64,000 nucleotides of DNA, from NCBI RefSeq assembly GCF_018977255.1, contig NW_024704743.1, positions 111,044,001-111,108,000 on the forward strand, read 5' to 3'. Made by a program: the position numbers and the translations under genes. Every line of letters starts with the position of its first letter. The stretch's first letter is position 1. Origin of the DNA: Callorhinchus milii. Lineage: Eukaryota. A model generated the notes under the pieces. The model ran no database searches. It saw only the letters and a program-made list of their open reading frames with translations, and was not told where the DNA came from. Below are positions 24,815-36,030 of this stretch, one piece after another.

Positions 24815-26502
24815 GTCTGTCTGACTGTGTGTGTGACTGTGATTGACTGACTGTGAGACTGTGTGACTGACTGAGTGACTGACTGTGACTGTGTGACTGA
24901 CTGTGAGACTGACCGTGACTGTGACTGTGTGACTGACTGTGACTGTGTGACTGACTGTGTGACTGTGACTGTGAGACTGTGTGACTGACTGTGTGACTGA
25001 CTGTGAGACTGTGTGACTGACTGTGTGACTGAGTGACTGTGAGATTGTGACTGTGTGACTGACTGTGAGACTGTGTGACTGACTGTGTGACTGTCTGTGA
25101 CTGTGTGACTGTCTGTGACTGTGTGACTGACTGAGTGACTGACTGTGACTGTGTGACTGTCTGTGACTGTGTGACTGACTGTGAGACTGACCGTGACTGT
25201 GACTGTGTGACTGACTGTGACTGTGACTGTGTGACTGACTGTGTGACTGTGACTGTGAGACTGTGTGACTGACTGTGTGACTGAGTGACTGTGAGATTGT
25301 GACTGTGTGACTGACTGTGAGACTGTGTGACTGACTGTGTGACTGTCTGTGACTGTGTGACTGTCTGTGACTGTGTGACTGACTGAGTGACTGACTGTGA
25401 CTGTGTGACTGACTGTGACTGACTGTGTGACTGTCTGTGACTGAGTGACTGTGAGATTGTGACTGTGTGACTGACTGTGAGACTGACTGTGTGACTGTCT
25501 GTGACTGTGTGACTGTCTGTGAGACTGTGACTGTGTGACTGACTGTGACTGACTGAGTGACTGACTGTGACTGTGTGACTGACTGAGTGACTGACTGTGA
25601 CTGTGTGACTGACTGAGTGACTGACTGTGACTGTGTGACTGACTGAGTGACTGTGTGACTGACTGTGACTGACTGAGTGACTGTGTGACTGACTGTGACT
25701 GTGTGACTGACTGTGACTGTGTGACTGACTGAGTGACTGTGTGACTGACTGTGACTGTGTGACTGACTGTGACTGTGTGACTGACTGTGACTCTGACTGA
25801 GTGACTGACTGTGACTGTGACTGACTGTGAGACTGTGTGACTGACTGAGTGACTGTCTGTGACTGTGTGACTGACTGTGAGACTGTGTGACTGACTGTGT
25901 GACTGACTGTGACTGTGACTGACTGTGTGACTGACTGTGACTGTGTGACTGACTGAGTGACTGACTGTGACTGTGTGACTGACTGAGTGACTGACTGTGA
26001 CTGTGTGACTGACTGAGTGACTGTGTGACTGACTGTGACTGACTGAGTGACTGTGTGACTGACTGTGACTGTGTGACTGACTGTGACTGTGTGACTGACT
26101 GAGTGACTGTGTGACTGACTGTGACTGTGTGACTGACTGTGACTGTGTGACTGACTGTGACTCTGACTGAGTGACTGACTGTGACTGTGACTGTGACTGA
26201 CTGTGAGACTGTGTGACTGACTGAGTGACTGTCTGTGACTGTGTGACTGACTGTGAGACTGTGTGACTGACTGTGTGACTGACTGTGACTGTGACTGACT
26301 GTGTGACTGACTGTGACTGTGTGACTGACTGTGACTGTGTGACTGTGACTGACTGTGTGACTGACTGTGACTGTGTGACTGACTGTGACTGTGACTGTGT
26401 GACTGACTGTGACTGTGTGACTGACTGTGACTGTGACTGTGTGACTGACTGTGACTGTGACTGTGACTGACTGAGTGACTGTGTGACTGACTGTGACTGA
26501 CT
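24815..26502. repeat. Complex simple-sequence array of GACT/GTGACT/GT units in HEY1 intron 1
   Basis: About 1.7 kb almost entirely of (GACT), (GT) and (GA) modules. Confidence 0.97.
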
Positions 26503-26533
26503 GCCGCCTGTGTTTGTTGGTTTGATTTTGCAG

Positions 26534-26609
26534 GAACCTGAGCACAGCCCCGGGCTCCATGTCCCCCACCATCTCCTCTCAGGTCCTCGCCAGGAAGAGA
26601 AGGCGAGGG
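26534..26609 (+). CDS. HEY1: HEY1 exon 2
   Basis: ttttgcag|g; [25 protein letters not shown]; donor gtaagt; 76 nt. Confidence 0.96.
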
Positions 26610-26667
26610 GTAAGTCTCACACCGAGAGAGACAACAGCGTGTCAGGAACTCAGGGGAAATCGTCTGC

Positions 26668-27277
26668 ATGTCTGTGTGTCTGTGTGTGTGTCTGTGTGTG
26701 TGTCTGTGTGTTTGTGTGTGTCTGTCTGTGTGTGTCTGTGTGTGTGTGTCTGTGTGTCTGTCTGTGTGTGTGTATGTGTGTCTCTGTGTGTGTGTGTGTG
26801 TGTGTTGTGTCTATGTGTGGGTGTGTCTGTGTGTGTGTGTCTGTCTGTGTGTCTGTCTGTGTGTCTGTCTGTGTGTGTGTCTCTGTGTGTGTCTCTGTGT
26901 GTGTGTCTGTGTGTGTGTTGCGTCTGTGTGTGGGTGTTTCTGTGTGTCTGTGTGTGTGTTTCTGTGTGTGTTTCTGTGTGTGTGTGTGTCTGTGTGTGTG
27001 TGTGGGTGTGTTTCTGTGTGTGTCTGTGTCTGTCTGTGTGTCTGTGTGTGTGTCTGTCTGTGTGTGTCTGTGTGTGTGTGTCTGTGTCTGTCTGTGTGTC
27101 TGTGTGTGTGTGTCTGTGTGTGTGTGTGTCTGTGTGTGTGTCTGTGGGTGTCTGTGTGTCTGTGTGTGGGTGTTTCTGTGTGTCTGTCTGTGTGTGTGTG
27201 TATGTCTGTGTGTGTGTCTGTGTGTGTGTGTGTCTGTCTGTGTGTGTCTGTGTGTGTCTGTGTGTGTTTGTCTGTCT
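26668..27277. repeat. (TG)n/(TCTG)n imperfect microsatellite in HEY1 intron 2
   Basis: About 610 nt of TG-rich sequence. Confidence 0.97.
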
Positions 27278-27320
27278 GATATCTAATATTTGAATATATA
27301 TATATTATTTAATAAAACAG

Positions 27321-27404
27321 ATCATAGAGAAACGCCGTCGGGATCGGATTAACAACAGCTTGTCTGAGCTGAGGAGACTGGTTCCCAGTGCCTACGAGAA
27401 ACAA
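27321..27404 (+). CDS. HEY1: HEY1 exon 3 (bHLH basic region and helix 1)
   Basis: cag|[28 protein letters not shown]|gtacgt; 84 nt. Confidence 0.97.
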
Positions 27405-27689
27405 GTACGTGAAGAAGTTCTTTGTCTCAACATAAAGTTGCTTTGAAGTTTAGGTTTGCTTTATTAACCTAAACAACGGAAATCACCAAACTTGTGCGTG
27501 TGTTTTTTTACACGATGGAGCGGATTCAAGTGTTATTTTTACACGTTACTTTTATTTTTATATATATAAAAAGAAAGTTTGGTCTTTTAACTTTGAAATA
27601 AACCTTTCTCATCGGGAAACCTGCAACGGTAAATAAAAGCTGCAATTATAAATATGTGACATCGTATATTTGTGCAAGTGATAAGGAAT

Positions 27690-27830
27690 CTCAAATGCAA
27701 GGATTATTATTATTATTATTAGTGCCAGTTCCAAAATGACATTGTTTGACAACTACTGAAGCAATTTGAGACGTCCAGAAGACGTGATAAGGCGCTATAT
27801 CAAATGCAAAGATTATTATCATTATTATTA
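27690..27830 (+). mobile_element. Two SINE tail stubs in HEY1 intron 3
   Basis: caaatgcaaggattattatt and gagacgtccagaagacgtgataaggcgctatatcaaatgcaaagattatt. Confidence 0.8.
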
Positions 27831-27876
27831 CTAGTTCACACAGATCCTTAACTCCCATCTTCATTCCTATCGGCAG

Positions 27877-27958
27877 GGATCAGCCAAGCTGGAAAAGGCA
27901 GAGATTTTGCAAATGACTGTGGATCATCTGAAGATGCTTCACGCAGCCGGTAGCAAGG
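27877..27958 (+). CDS. HEY1: HEY1 exon 4 (bHLH helix 2)
   Basis: ggcag|[27 protein letters not shown](G)|gtaagt; 82 nt. Confidence 0.97.
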
Positions 27959-28094
27959 GTAAGTTTCTGTTTATTGTCTTTGGTGCAAGATCAATGATCA
28001 ATAAATAATAACAACAAATGGTAATAACAATAATAATCAAGGTGATGGTCGCTTGGGGGGAAGAACCTGAGTTACACTATTATGTACAGCTAGT

Positions 28095-28215
28095 TTGTCC
28101 ACAAAATGTGCAGCCAATTCACTTTACAGTATAGGTGTGAAGTGTTTTAAGACGTCTCGAAGACGTGAAAAGGCGCTATATTAAATGCAAGGATTATTAT
28201 AAATGCAAGGATTAT
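28095..28215 (+). mobile_element. SINE 3' part in HEY1 intron 4
   Basis: caattcactttacagt...gacgtctcgaagacgtgaaaaggcgctata; aaatgcaaggattat is duplicated. Confidence 0.85.
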
Positions 28216-28344
28216 AGCTATTAGCTAGTAGCTTTAATAAAGGTTCCTTTGAAATGGGCATTAACTAGTTACTTGCTGCAGTCTGATTCATTGCATCATG
28301 TCAAGTGATTTAGCTGTGATATTGCTGTAAATCCACTTTGGTTT

Positions 28345-28620
28345 ACAACAACAACAACAACAAGATTCCATTTATAGAGCGCCTTTCACGTCAGGAGGAC
28401 GTCCCAAGGCGCTGCACAGTTGGGTCATGACCCGAGCAGGGGGGAAATGGTCAGGGTGAGGGGAGGGAAGGGAGGGAGAGAGGAGGGGGAAATGGTCAGG
28501 GTAAGGGGAGGGAAGGGAGGGAGCAAGGAGGGGGGAAATGGTCAGGGTGAGGGGAGGGAAGGGAGGGAGCGAGGAGGAGGAAGAGAGTCGAGAGGGGAGC
28601 TGAAGGCACGGTCAAAGAGA
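28345..28620 (-). mobile_element. L2-type LINE 3' end with internal triplication
   Basis: (CAA)n tail plus catttatagagcgcctttcacgtcaggaggacgtcccaagg...gaaggcacggtc; near-identical to 53617-53840. Confidence 0.88.
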
Positions 28621-28894
28621 ACTTCTGTGGGCCTCGCCCTGCCATGAATACACTCTCTCGCTTACCCAGACTGTGTCCGTGATGTCTGCTGTCTTTTTAT
28701 TTAATCTTTTTTAAAAGCTCGGTCAGAATAGGCCAATGCTGTGTATACGCCGTTTTATAATGCGCACACTTTTTTTTGCTATGGGGGCCTCTTTAAAATG
28801 ACAGCGATTTCTTACGATGCAATGATGTGGCAAGGGAACAGGGCATTTAAATAATAATTATTAATTTCAAATTATGTTAGCCCAAACAGTCAGT

Positions 28895-29100
28895 AATAAT
28901 AATAATATGCCTTGCATTTAATATAGAACCTTTTCACATCTTCGAGATGTCTGAATGCGCTTCACAGAATAAAGTGTAAAGTGAATTTACTGTTATTTTG
29001 TGGGCGAAACGCGGCAGCCAATTGTGCACAGCAGTGCCCCACAAACAGTCGTGGATTGATTGACCAAATTTATATTATTTAAAAAAAATTTTGAAGGGAT
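28895..29100 (-). mobile_element. Deu SINE 3' half in HEY1 intron 4
   Basis: ccttgcattt...gcagccaattgtgcacagcagtgccccacaaacagtcgtggattga. Confidence 0.88.
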
Positions 29101-29240
29101 TTTTGACATAATTCATCTGTGACTATTTTGAGAGCGAATGAATGCCTTTTACTTTAGAACAAAAGTACCTGAAGTGATGCGAAGGACCTTATAGTTTAGA
29201 AGTAATGAGGTGCTGATTTGAACCGATTTGATTTTTGCAG

Positions 29241-29836
29241 GTTATTTTGACGCTCATGCTCTAGCTATGGACTACCGCAGCCTGGGATTCCGGGAGTGTC
29301 TGGCTGAAGTTGCCCGCTACCTGACCATCATTGAAGGTCTGGACAACTCTGACCCGCTCCGTGTGCGTTTGGTCTCTCACCTCAACAACTACGCCTCTCA
29401 GAGGGAAGCGGCGAGCAGTCTGCCCACCACCCCCAGTATTGGACACCTGACCTGGGGCAGCGCCTTCAGCCACCACCCGCACCACCATCACCTGCACCCC
29501 CTACTGCTGCAGCCACAAGCCACCCACAGCAACACCTGCAGCTCTGCCTCGTCAGACCATCACCAGCAGAGCAGGGTCAGCAGCTCCTCACACACAGAAA
29601 CCTCACCGCGTAGAGTGCCACCTAGTGGAAGCGCGGGTACAATTATTCCCGTGGTCACCTCCACCAAACTGTCCCCACCTTTGTTCTCAATGTCGTCCTT
29701 GTCTGCGTTCCCTCTCTCCTTCAGCACTTTCCCTTTGCTTTCCCCCAGCACCTTCAGTTCATCAGCTCAGGCGCAGACTGCAGCCAGCATCGGCAAGCCC
29801 TACAGACCCTGGGGGACAGAGATCGGGGCTTTCTAA
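29241..29836 (+). CDS. HEY1: HEY1 exon 5 (Orange domain and YRPW/TEIGAF C-terminus)
   Basis: ttttgcag|[28 protein letters not shown]...[13 protein letters not shown]. All five exons join in frame (930 nt, 309 aa). Confidence 0.98.
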
Positions 29837-30659
29837 AGACTTTCCTTTTGTGGGATTTTTCTCATCTTAAAGAGACAGCAAACGATGAGTTCTTACTTTT
29901 AAACTCAGCTGAGCTGAGCTATTACTGACACTCCTACAGTGGAATGCAGCGACGGGCTTCAATTCGCTGAAAGCCAAAACTGACTTCACACTACATATAA
30001 ATCTAAAATTCCAGTGAATTTGGCTACATAGATAGCCTCTAGTTTAGCATTATAATACTTGATATAGTTCATGTTGGCAGTTTTACCTCCTTCTCACTCT
30101 GAAATACTGTACTTGATGCATTCAATCAAAAAAATGTTTCAGCAGTTAATTTTAATGGTAAAATTAATATAATTGTACAGTAATTCACGCGGAAGGCCTG
30201 AAGACTATTTTAAGCATCATTTTATCAGCTTCCCAGAGGCTTGGAGTGTAATGTTATTTTTTTCCCCTAAAAAATCTAATATAAAAATTGGATTTGTAGT
30301 GTTATTTGTGTTCAGTGTCTTAAATTTGTATTATTAATTTGAAAAGGGAGAGGGAGTGGTATCGAAACAAAGTGGAGATCACAGACTGTAATTTTAAGTC
30401 TAGGTGATTTGTGTTCAGCTACAGAACAGTCTTTCATTCTGAGGGTCAGGACTGTACACGTGTCACAGACCAAATCCCAACCTCTGGATCAGTTTATGTC
30501 TTGGTTATTTGCTTGGTTACAGATTGTCGATCGTTATTAACTTACTCCCTTCAAATCTTCCAGAAGTTTAGCAAATTGCTTTTTAATTCCCACTGGCACT
30601 GTACGTCTGTGTGTACACACAATGTCTTCTGTGTACGTGAACTCAATCATTACCAAAAT

Positions 30660-31400
30660 GATTGAGGTAATGGAGGGACTGGACTATGAGGAGCGACTAA
30701 GTAAATTGGGCATGTTCACGCTGGGAATGAGAAGATTGAGAGGTGACATGATTGCTGTTTTTAAGATTCTAAGGGGGCGAAACAATATAGATCATGACAG
30801 ACTGTTTCAACTTGTCCAGAATAGTAAAACCAGAGAACACGGCCAGCGATTGAAGGGGGGAAAATTCTGAACAAATCTACGCAAACACTATTGTGGAGTC
30901 CTGTAGCTCAGTGGTTAGAGCACTCGCTTTGCAAGCGAGAGACCTGAGTTCAATTCCAGGCAGAGGGCGAAACCTTGGGCAAGTTTCCTTACTCCACACA
31001 GAGCCTAATAATAATCCCTCCAAAACCAAAAACAATAATAAATTGGTCATTTTCAATCTACGACTGTTTGTGGGACACTGCTGTGCGCAATTGGCTGCCG
31101 CGTTCGCCCACAAATATACGGTCAATTCACTTTACAGTATATTCTATGAAGTGCTTTGGAACGTCTAGAATAATTATTATTATTTCAGTGAGCGAATAGT
31201 GAACCCTAGGGAGATGGTTGAAGCAGGAAGCGTTGATTCTTTCAAGCCCAAATTAGATAGATTTCTTTTAGGAAATAACATTATGGGATATAGTAATAGG
31301 TAGTTCAGGACATATGTGCATGCAACTGCCAGGAAGGTGGAAGGCGAAATAGATGTGGACCTTGGGCTTTTTTCATCTAGCGTTTCTTATGTTCTTATAA
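30660..31400 (+). mobile_element. CR1 LINE 3' end interrupted by a SINE
   Basis: MEGLDYEERLSKLGMFTLGMRRLRGDMIAVFKIL...; after the SINE it resumes with FSERIVN...VEAGSVDSFKPKLDRFL and a ttcttatgttctta tail. Confidence 0.9.
30893..31183 (+). mobile_element. Near full-length Deu SINE, short subtype, nested in CR1
   Basis: gtggagtcctgtagctcagtggttagagcactcgctttgcaagcgagagacctgagttcaattcc...(ATT)n. Confidence 0.93.
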
Positions 31401-31722
31401 CAGGAACTAGGGGAAGTATATACAGCTTCAATCCCGCAGGAGAAAAACTCTCAAAGTCAACTCGATGAGATCAGCATTTTTAAGTTCTTGTTATTACAGG
31501 TGTTTATAAGTAATGTAAATATTCCTTTTTCAGTGATATTTTTATATTTTATGTGGCTGAATGGAGCGATGACAAATCAGATTTCCAGCGATGTCTCAGT
31601 GTGTGTCAGATCCTGAAGGCATATCCAGTTCTGAAGCTGTTAAATTTGGGGAATGACAGTGGCAAGGATTAGCTGTTGGTTACTGTGTACAGGTTTGTAT
31701 GGATTTACTAAACAGACAAATT

Positions 31723-31728
31723 AATAAA
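31723..31728 (+). terminator. Probable HEY1 polyadenylation signal
   Basis: AATAAA in unique sequence with a downstream GT/T-rich element (~31754-31776). Confidence 0.55.
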
Positions 31729-31879
31729 CTACAAAGTGCAATTGAGTCTATCGTATGGTTTGTGCTTTTTCTTTTCTGAGAACCATTTAGGATTCATAAA
31801 TTGGAATATGAAAGTCTATTGCCCATATGTGTAAGGAAGGTCTTAAGCCATCTAATAGAGACATGTTGTAAGGTGACCA

Positions 31880-32170
31880 TTTGGCTCAGTTTGGTGGTGC
31901 TCTTGCCTTTAAAGTCAAAAGATTCTGAACCCCATTTTGGGACTTGATCCTCTAGTCCAGGCTGACTCTAGTTCAGTACTGGTGGGGTGCTGTACTGTGT
32001 GAGGTGCCACACTTTAGATGAGAGGTTAAACTGAGGTCTTGCTTGCCTTTTTAGGTGAATGTTAAAATTCCCACGACACAAGTGGAAAAAGGGAAGAATT
32101 TCTCTGGATGTTCTTGCCAGCAGTCCTCTGGATTAATTGGTCATTTACTGCATGACTGTTGGGACCTGAC
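31880..32170 (+). mobile_element. Old DeuSINE (SacSINE1-like) with tRNA-like head
   Basis: tggctcagtttggtggtgctcttgcc...tccaggctgac...gatgagaggttaaactgaggtc...attggtcattt. Confidence 0.75.
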
Positions 32171-34244
32171 TGTGCCTGCAAAAAGCAGTCAATGCCAGGG
32201 AAATGTTTTATGATGTTGTTATGGGAGCTTGTCATCCTGTTTCTAGTTAATAATAACTCTGGTCTGACCAGTAATACTGCTAAACTCTGAACTGACCACA
32301 TACTCTGCATTCATTTAACTAATAAATAATCCTTGGGCATGTATGAATGTTCTTGAATGCCATCAAAGTAAATGATGACCGTTTTTCTCAAGATATGAAT
32401 AATGACCACTAGTAACAGGTCAGTACCAATAGTTTTGCCAGTGTGAATGTCACTTGTCATTAGCAGCACCCAGCAATCCAGGATGTATTTCGGGGTTGGG
32501 TTTAAAATTCTATACTAGAGAGTATGTCTCAGAGAACCTATCTCTCATCCATGACAAGAGTACTGGGCAATTGATCAAGCAACTGTCCCAACATGGCAAC
32601 CACTGGTTCCTGGCTTAAAGGTCTTAATGAAACTTTGTGAAGGACTCACTGCAAAGGACAAAGCTTCCTCTATTTATGTGTTGTTAAATCAAATACCAAC
32701 TCAGTCAGTCGGGGCGGGCAATCATTTGATTTCAATGTTAAAAGACGATCCAGAGAATAGATTTAGGGTAAAACAAATCTTGTTGCTATTTCAACTTTTT
32801 AGAATCAGGAATCTCTGCGTGAACAACAGAGAATCTACTCGATGGAGCAAAAAAAACCGACACCTCAGTATAGATCCAGGATATTTACATTGGAAATGAG
32901 ATTGATGTGGAACAATGTGATGAGTGCAGTTTGAACCAGTCTTGTAGTGTAGGGAGGACATGCTGGTTTCAACATAAAGCCCAGTTGGGTGTGTACCTTA
33001 CAGATGGTGAGTGCCCTCTGCTGGCTATTCTTGGGACTGCATTGCTCTGGTACAAACATTTGCAGTTGGAGGGGAGGGTGAGTGCTCAAAACCTTATACA
33101 ACAAGAGGAAGATAATTCTCTATAAATCTCTGATCAAACCTATAGGTGCCAGTTTGACTCTTAATTCATTCACAGTCACTATTGAGCTGCCATTATTATC
33201 AGAATACACTTTCCACAGCAACAGAAGCCAGGATGCAAAAGTGATTACATATGCATGTTGTGATGGTATCTTTCCTCCATTTAAAGTAGTTTTCCCCCCT
33301 GTTCCTGCTCCCTGAGTCATGCTCTATTCACTGCGAAGAGGAAGGGGAAATGCACGACCACAATGTCCTGAAAGTGAAACACTGTCCTCAGGGCTATTCT
33401 CCCTCCCATTTCCTCTTCCTCTGGGGAAGCCCCTGGAGTCTGAGGTCCCATAGCTGAAACTCTGTGAGGGAACTCCGTGAGGTGGGGCATCCTGACCGCA
33501 AGAGTACATTCCGTCACTCTTGTTGCAAAGAGTCTGGGAGTAACTTACCGCAGTGATCTGTGAGAAAAGTCTCAAAAACTGGCACTGATATCTCTTTGTT
33601 TAGTTCAATTCCTGGTCTGGGCTAAGATCGCTGATAACAGTCAGGGCAGCAATAGGAGCACTGTACTGGAATTCAGCTCCATGGCTTAAGAGTGAGATAA
33701 GTGAATTGGTTGTTGCATTCATTTACACAATATACAATCGCTACACTTTACACGAAATCCTGGGAAGAGCTTTGAGATGATTTGATAAGGCGCTACATCA
33801 AAAGCAAGGATTATTACCATTGTGACTTCCAATTCCATCTGGCTCCATGTCAGACAGTGATCTCTTATTGAATGCCTTCTAAAAATTAAAGTAGATTTGT
33901 TTAGGTTGCTGCATTTAGCTGGAAATTCTCCCCGCAGATTGTAAAACAAGCCCAGCTTGCAAGTCAAGATTGAATTGCAGAAGATAACTAGCTTCAGGAA
34001 AAGTTTTTGTCAAATCTTACTTTGTTTGGGAAGTGAGAAGGATCTTAAAATGTATTTCTCATTTTGTTGCAGTTTCGAATCATAGGTGACAAGGGGTACA
34101 AAAGTACATTTTAGTGTGATTTACATCATGGCATTATTAAAGTCTTTCTCATGAAGTCAGTGACCCCTTTAAGGTTTGCTGACATACAACCAGTGAAAGG
34201 AATTATTGCGCTGCTGCCTCCCCCTTATAGATACTGTATAATCA

Positions 34245-34630
34245 GTGATCCTTACATTTGGGATAGCAACTTTCACATCAGGACGACATCCCAAAGTGCT
34301 TCACAGAATATAAGTGGGGTGACTGTGTTTTATGGGCAAACAAAGCAGCCAATTTGCACACAGCACTGTCCCAGAAACAGCCATGAAGTGAGTGACAAAT
34401 TTTATTCTTGGCCAGGACACCAGGAGAAACTTATTTTTCTTTTTTTTTGAATAGTGTCATGGAATCTTTAAGTCCATCTGAGCTGGTAGACGGGATCTCG
34501 GTTGAAAGTCTTATCTGAAGGTCAGTGCCACTAACAATGCCTGAGCACCGCATTGGAGTGTCAGCTTAGACTATATGAGTTCCAGGGTAGGGCTTGAACC
34601 CATAACCCACACACACTCTGGATTAGAACT
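34245..34630 (-). mobile_element. Old DeuSINE, near full length
   Basis: Tail, gcagccaatttgcacacagc core, gaatagtgtcatggaatc, ggagtgtcagcttaga and reverse B box cttgaaccc. Confidence 0.8.
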
Positions 34631-35544
34631 GCGTGTATAAAATGTTCGGTGAGCACGAGGAGAAACGGTTGCCTTTTTTGGCTTGGCTGGAAGGAGAGCA
34701 AGGCAGTGGGCATGCATATCACTGCAAATTGTTCAGTGCTGTGAGTGCATTTCAGGGTCAAAAAGCAGCAAGCACACACCTCCACACTGAGCTCATATTC
34801 TAAAGCTAAATACAACAGGTTATCAGATAAAATGAAGGGCAGCAGCGCACAAATCAAAACATTTGGCGTCAAGTAACTCATCTGATCTGTTATATTCATA
34901 ACACTCCCTTTGAAAGTTTCACAGTCATAACTTTATCCTATTCTGTTAGGAAACTATCAAAGACAAAAAGGAAATCCTGTGTTGCTGCAGACCAGCACTT
35001 GACTGAAGCTCCTTCCTGCTCTATGGGAAGCTGCAACAACGGAGTCATTCAATAATGCGACAGATTATATTTTGGTTCCAGTGTCGAAAGGCTGGTTCAC
35101 AGTCAGTTATTCTCTTGTGAAGGTGAAGCAAGTTATAATTGATAGATGTGGAGTGAGTTGGGTTGAAAAATCACTCTTTAAGAAAGTGGTAGCTTTTCTG
35201 GCTCCTCCTCACCAAAAGGCACTTTGTGACGTAAATAATAATACTAACTATCCTTGCATTTCTTTTAGGAAAAAAGCTCCTTATCATGTCAATGAGATGT
35301 TTCAAAGTGCGTCACAGAATATACTGTGAAGTGAATTGACCGTATAATTTGTGAGTAAAACGGCAGCCATAAGTAATCTGAGACTCCCAACAGATTATGT
35401 GGCACCAACTCCCAGTACTTGCACTCTGATCCAATCTTAGGTCAGAGCTCAGGTCTTGCAGGTCCGTGCGACATACAGAGACATCCGATCAGTGCTCTCT
35501 TACCTCAGGTGCTGACCCAATTGACCTGCACTCCATAAGATGTT

Positions 35545-36030
35545 CACTCCACTTCACGGAGCCAGTGTGGAATCTCGGTGCGTTGTTTGAACCCAGCAAT
35601 GAGCCCTATATTCGGGTTCTCACTCACTCAACCTCTGCCACATTTCCCGCCTCCCCCAGTACTTCTCCCACTATCTCTGAAACCCTCATTTACACTTTCA
35701 TTATGCCAGGGTCGATTATTTCAAAGTAGACCACCCAGAACTCTGCAACCTGTGTCCTCTCCCACAGCAGGCTTCACTCTCATTCCCTTCATTCTCATTC
35801 CCACTTTGCTCCACTGGCTCCCCATTCATCAGCAGATTGAATTCAAGTTCCTCATCGTCACATTCAATTCCCTCCACATCCTTGGCCCACTGTGACTGTG
35901 GACCTCGTACAAACATACCAACCTGGCTGTTCCTTTTGCTCAGCGAACACTGGTCTGCTTCATGTCCCCGCGGCCCATCTGCCCCAACACTGGTGGGCGA
36001 GCTTACAGCCATTCTGCCTTCGCTCTGTCA
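35545..36030 (+). mobile_element. Degraded L2 LINE ORF2 3' fragment
   Basis: Frames encode SETLIYTFI and LHWLPIHQQIEFKFLIVTFNSLH, typical of the L2 ORF2 C-terminus. Confidence 0.8.

Noticed and set aside
24815..26502. Possible CRISPR-like or coded repeat array
   Set aside because: No fixed repeat with unique spacers; eukaryotic intron context.
24671..26669. 633-aa and 624-aa antisense ORFs rich in S/H/Q/T/V
   Set aside because: The minus strand of the GACT/GT array cannot form stop codons, so long ORFs arise from composition alone; they lie antisense to a HEY1 intron.
26510..27293. Cys/Val-rich ORFs of 203-258 aa
   Set aside because: Translations of the (TG)n microsatellite; only 26534-26609 is a real exon.
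30893..30965. tRNA-Ala(TGC)-like sequences here and in other SINE heads
   Set aside because: They continue directly into SINE bodies and lack a proper acceptor stem; not tRNA genes.
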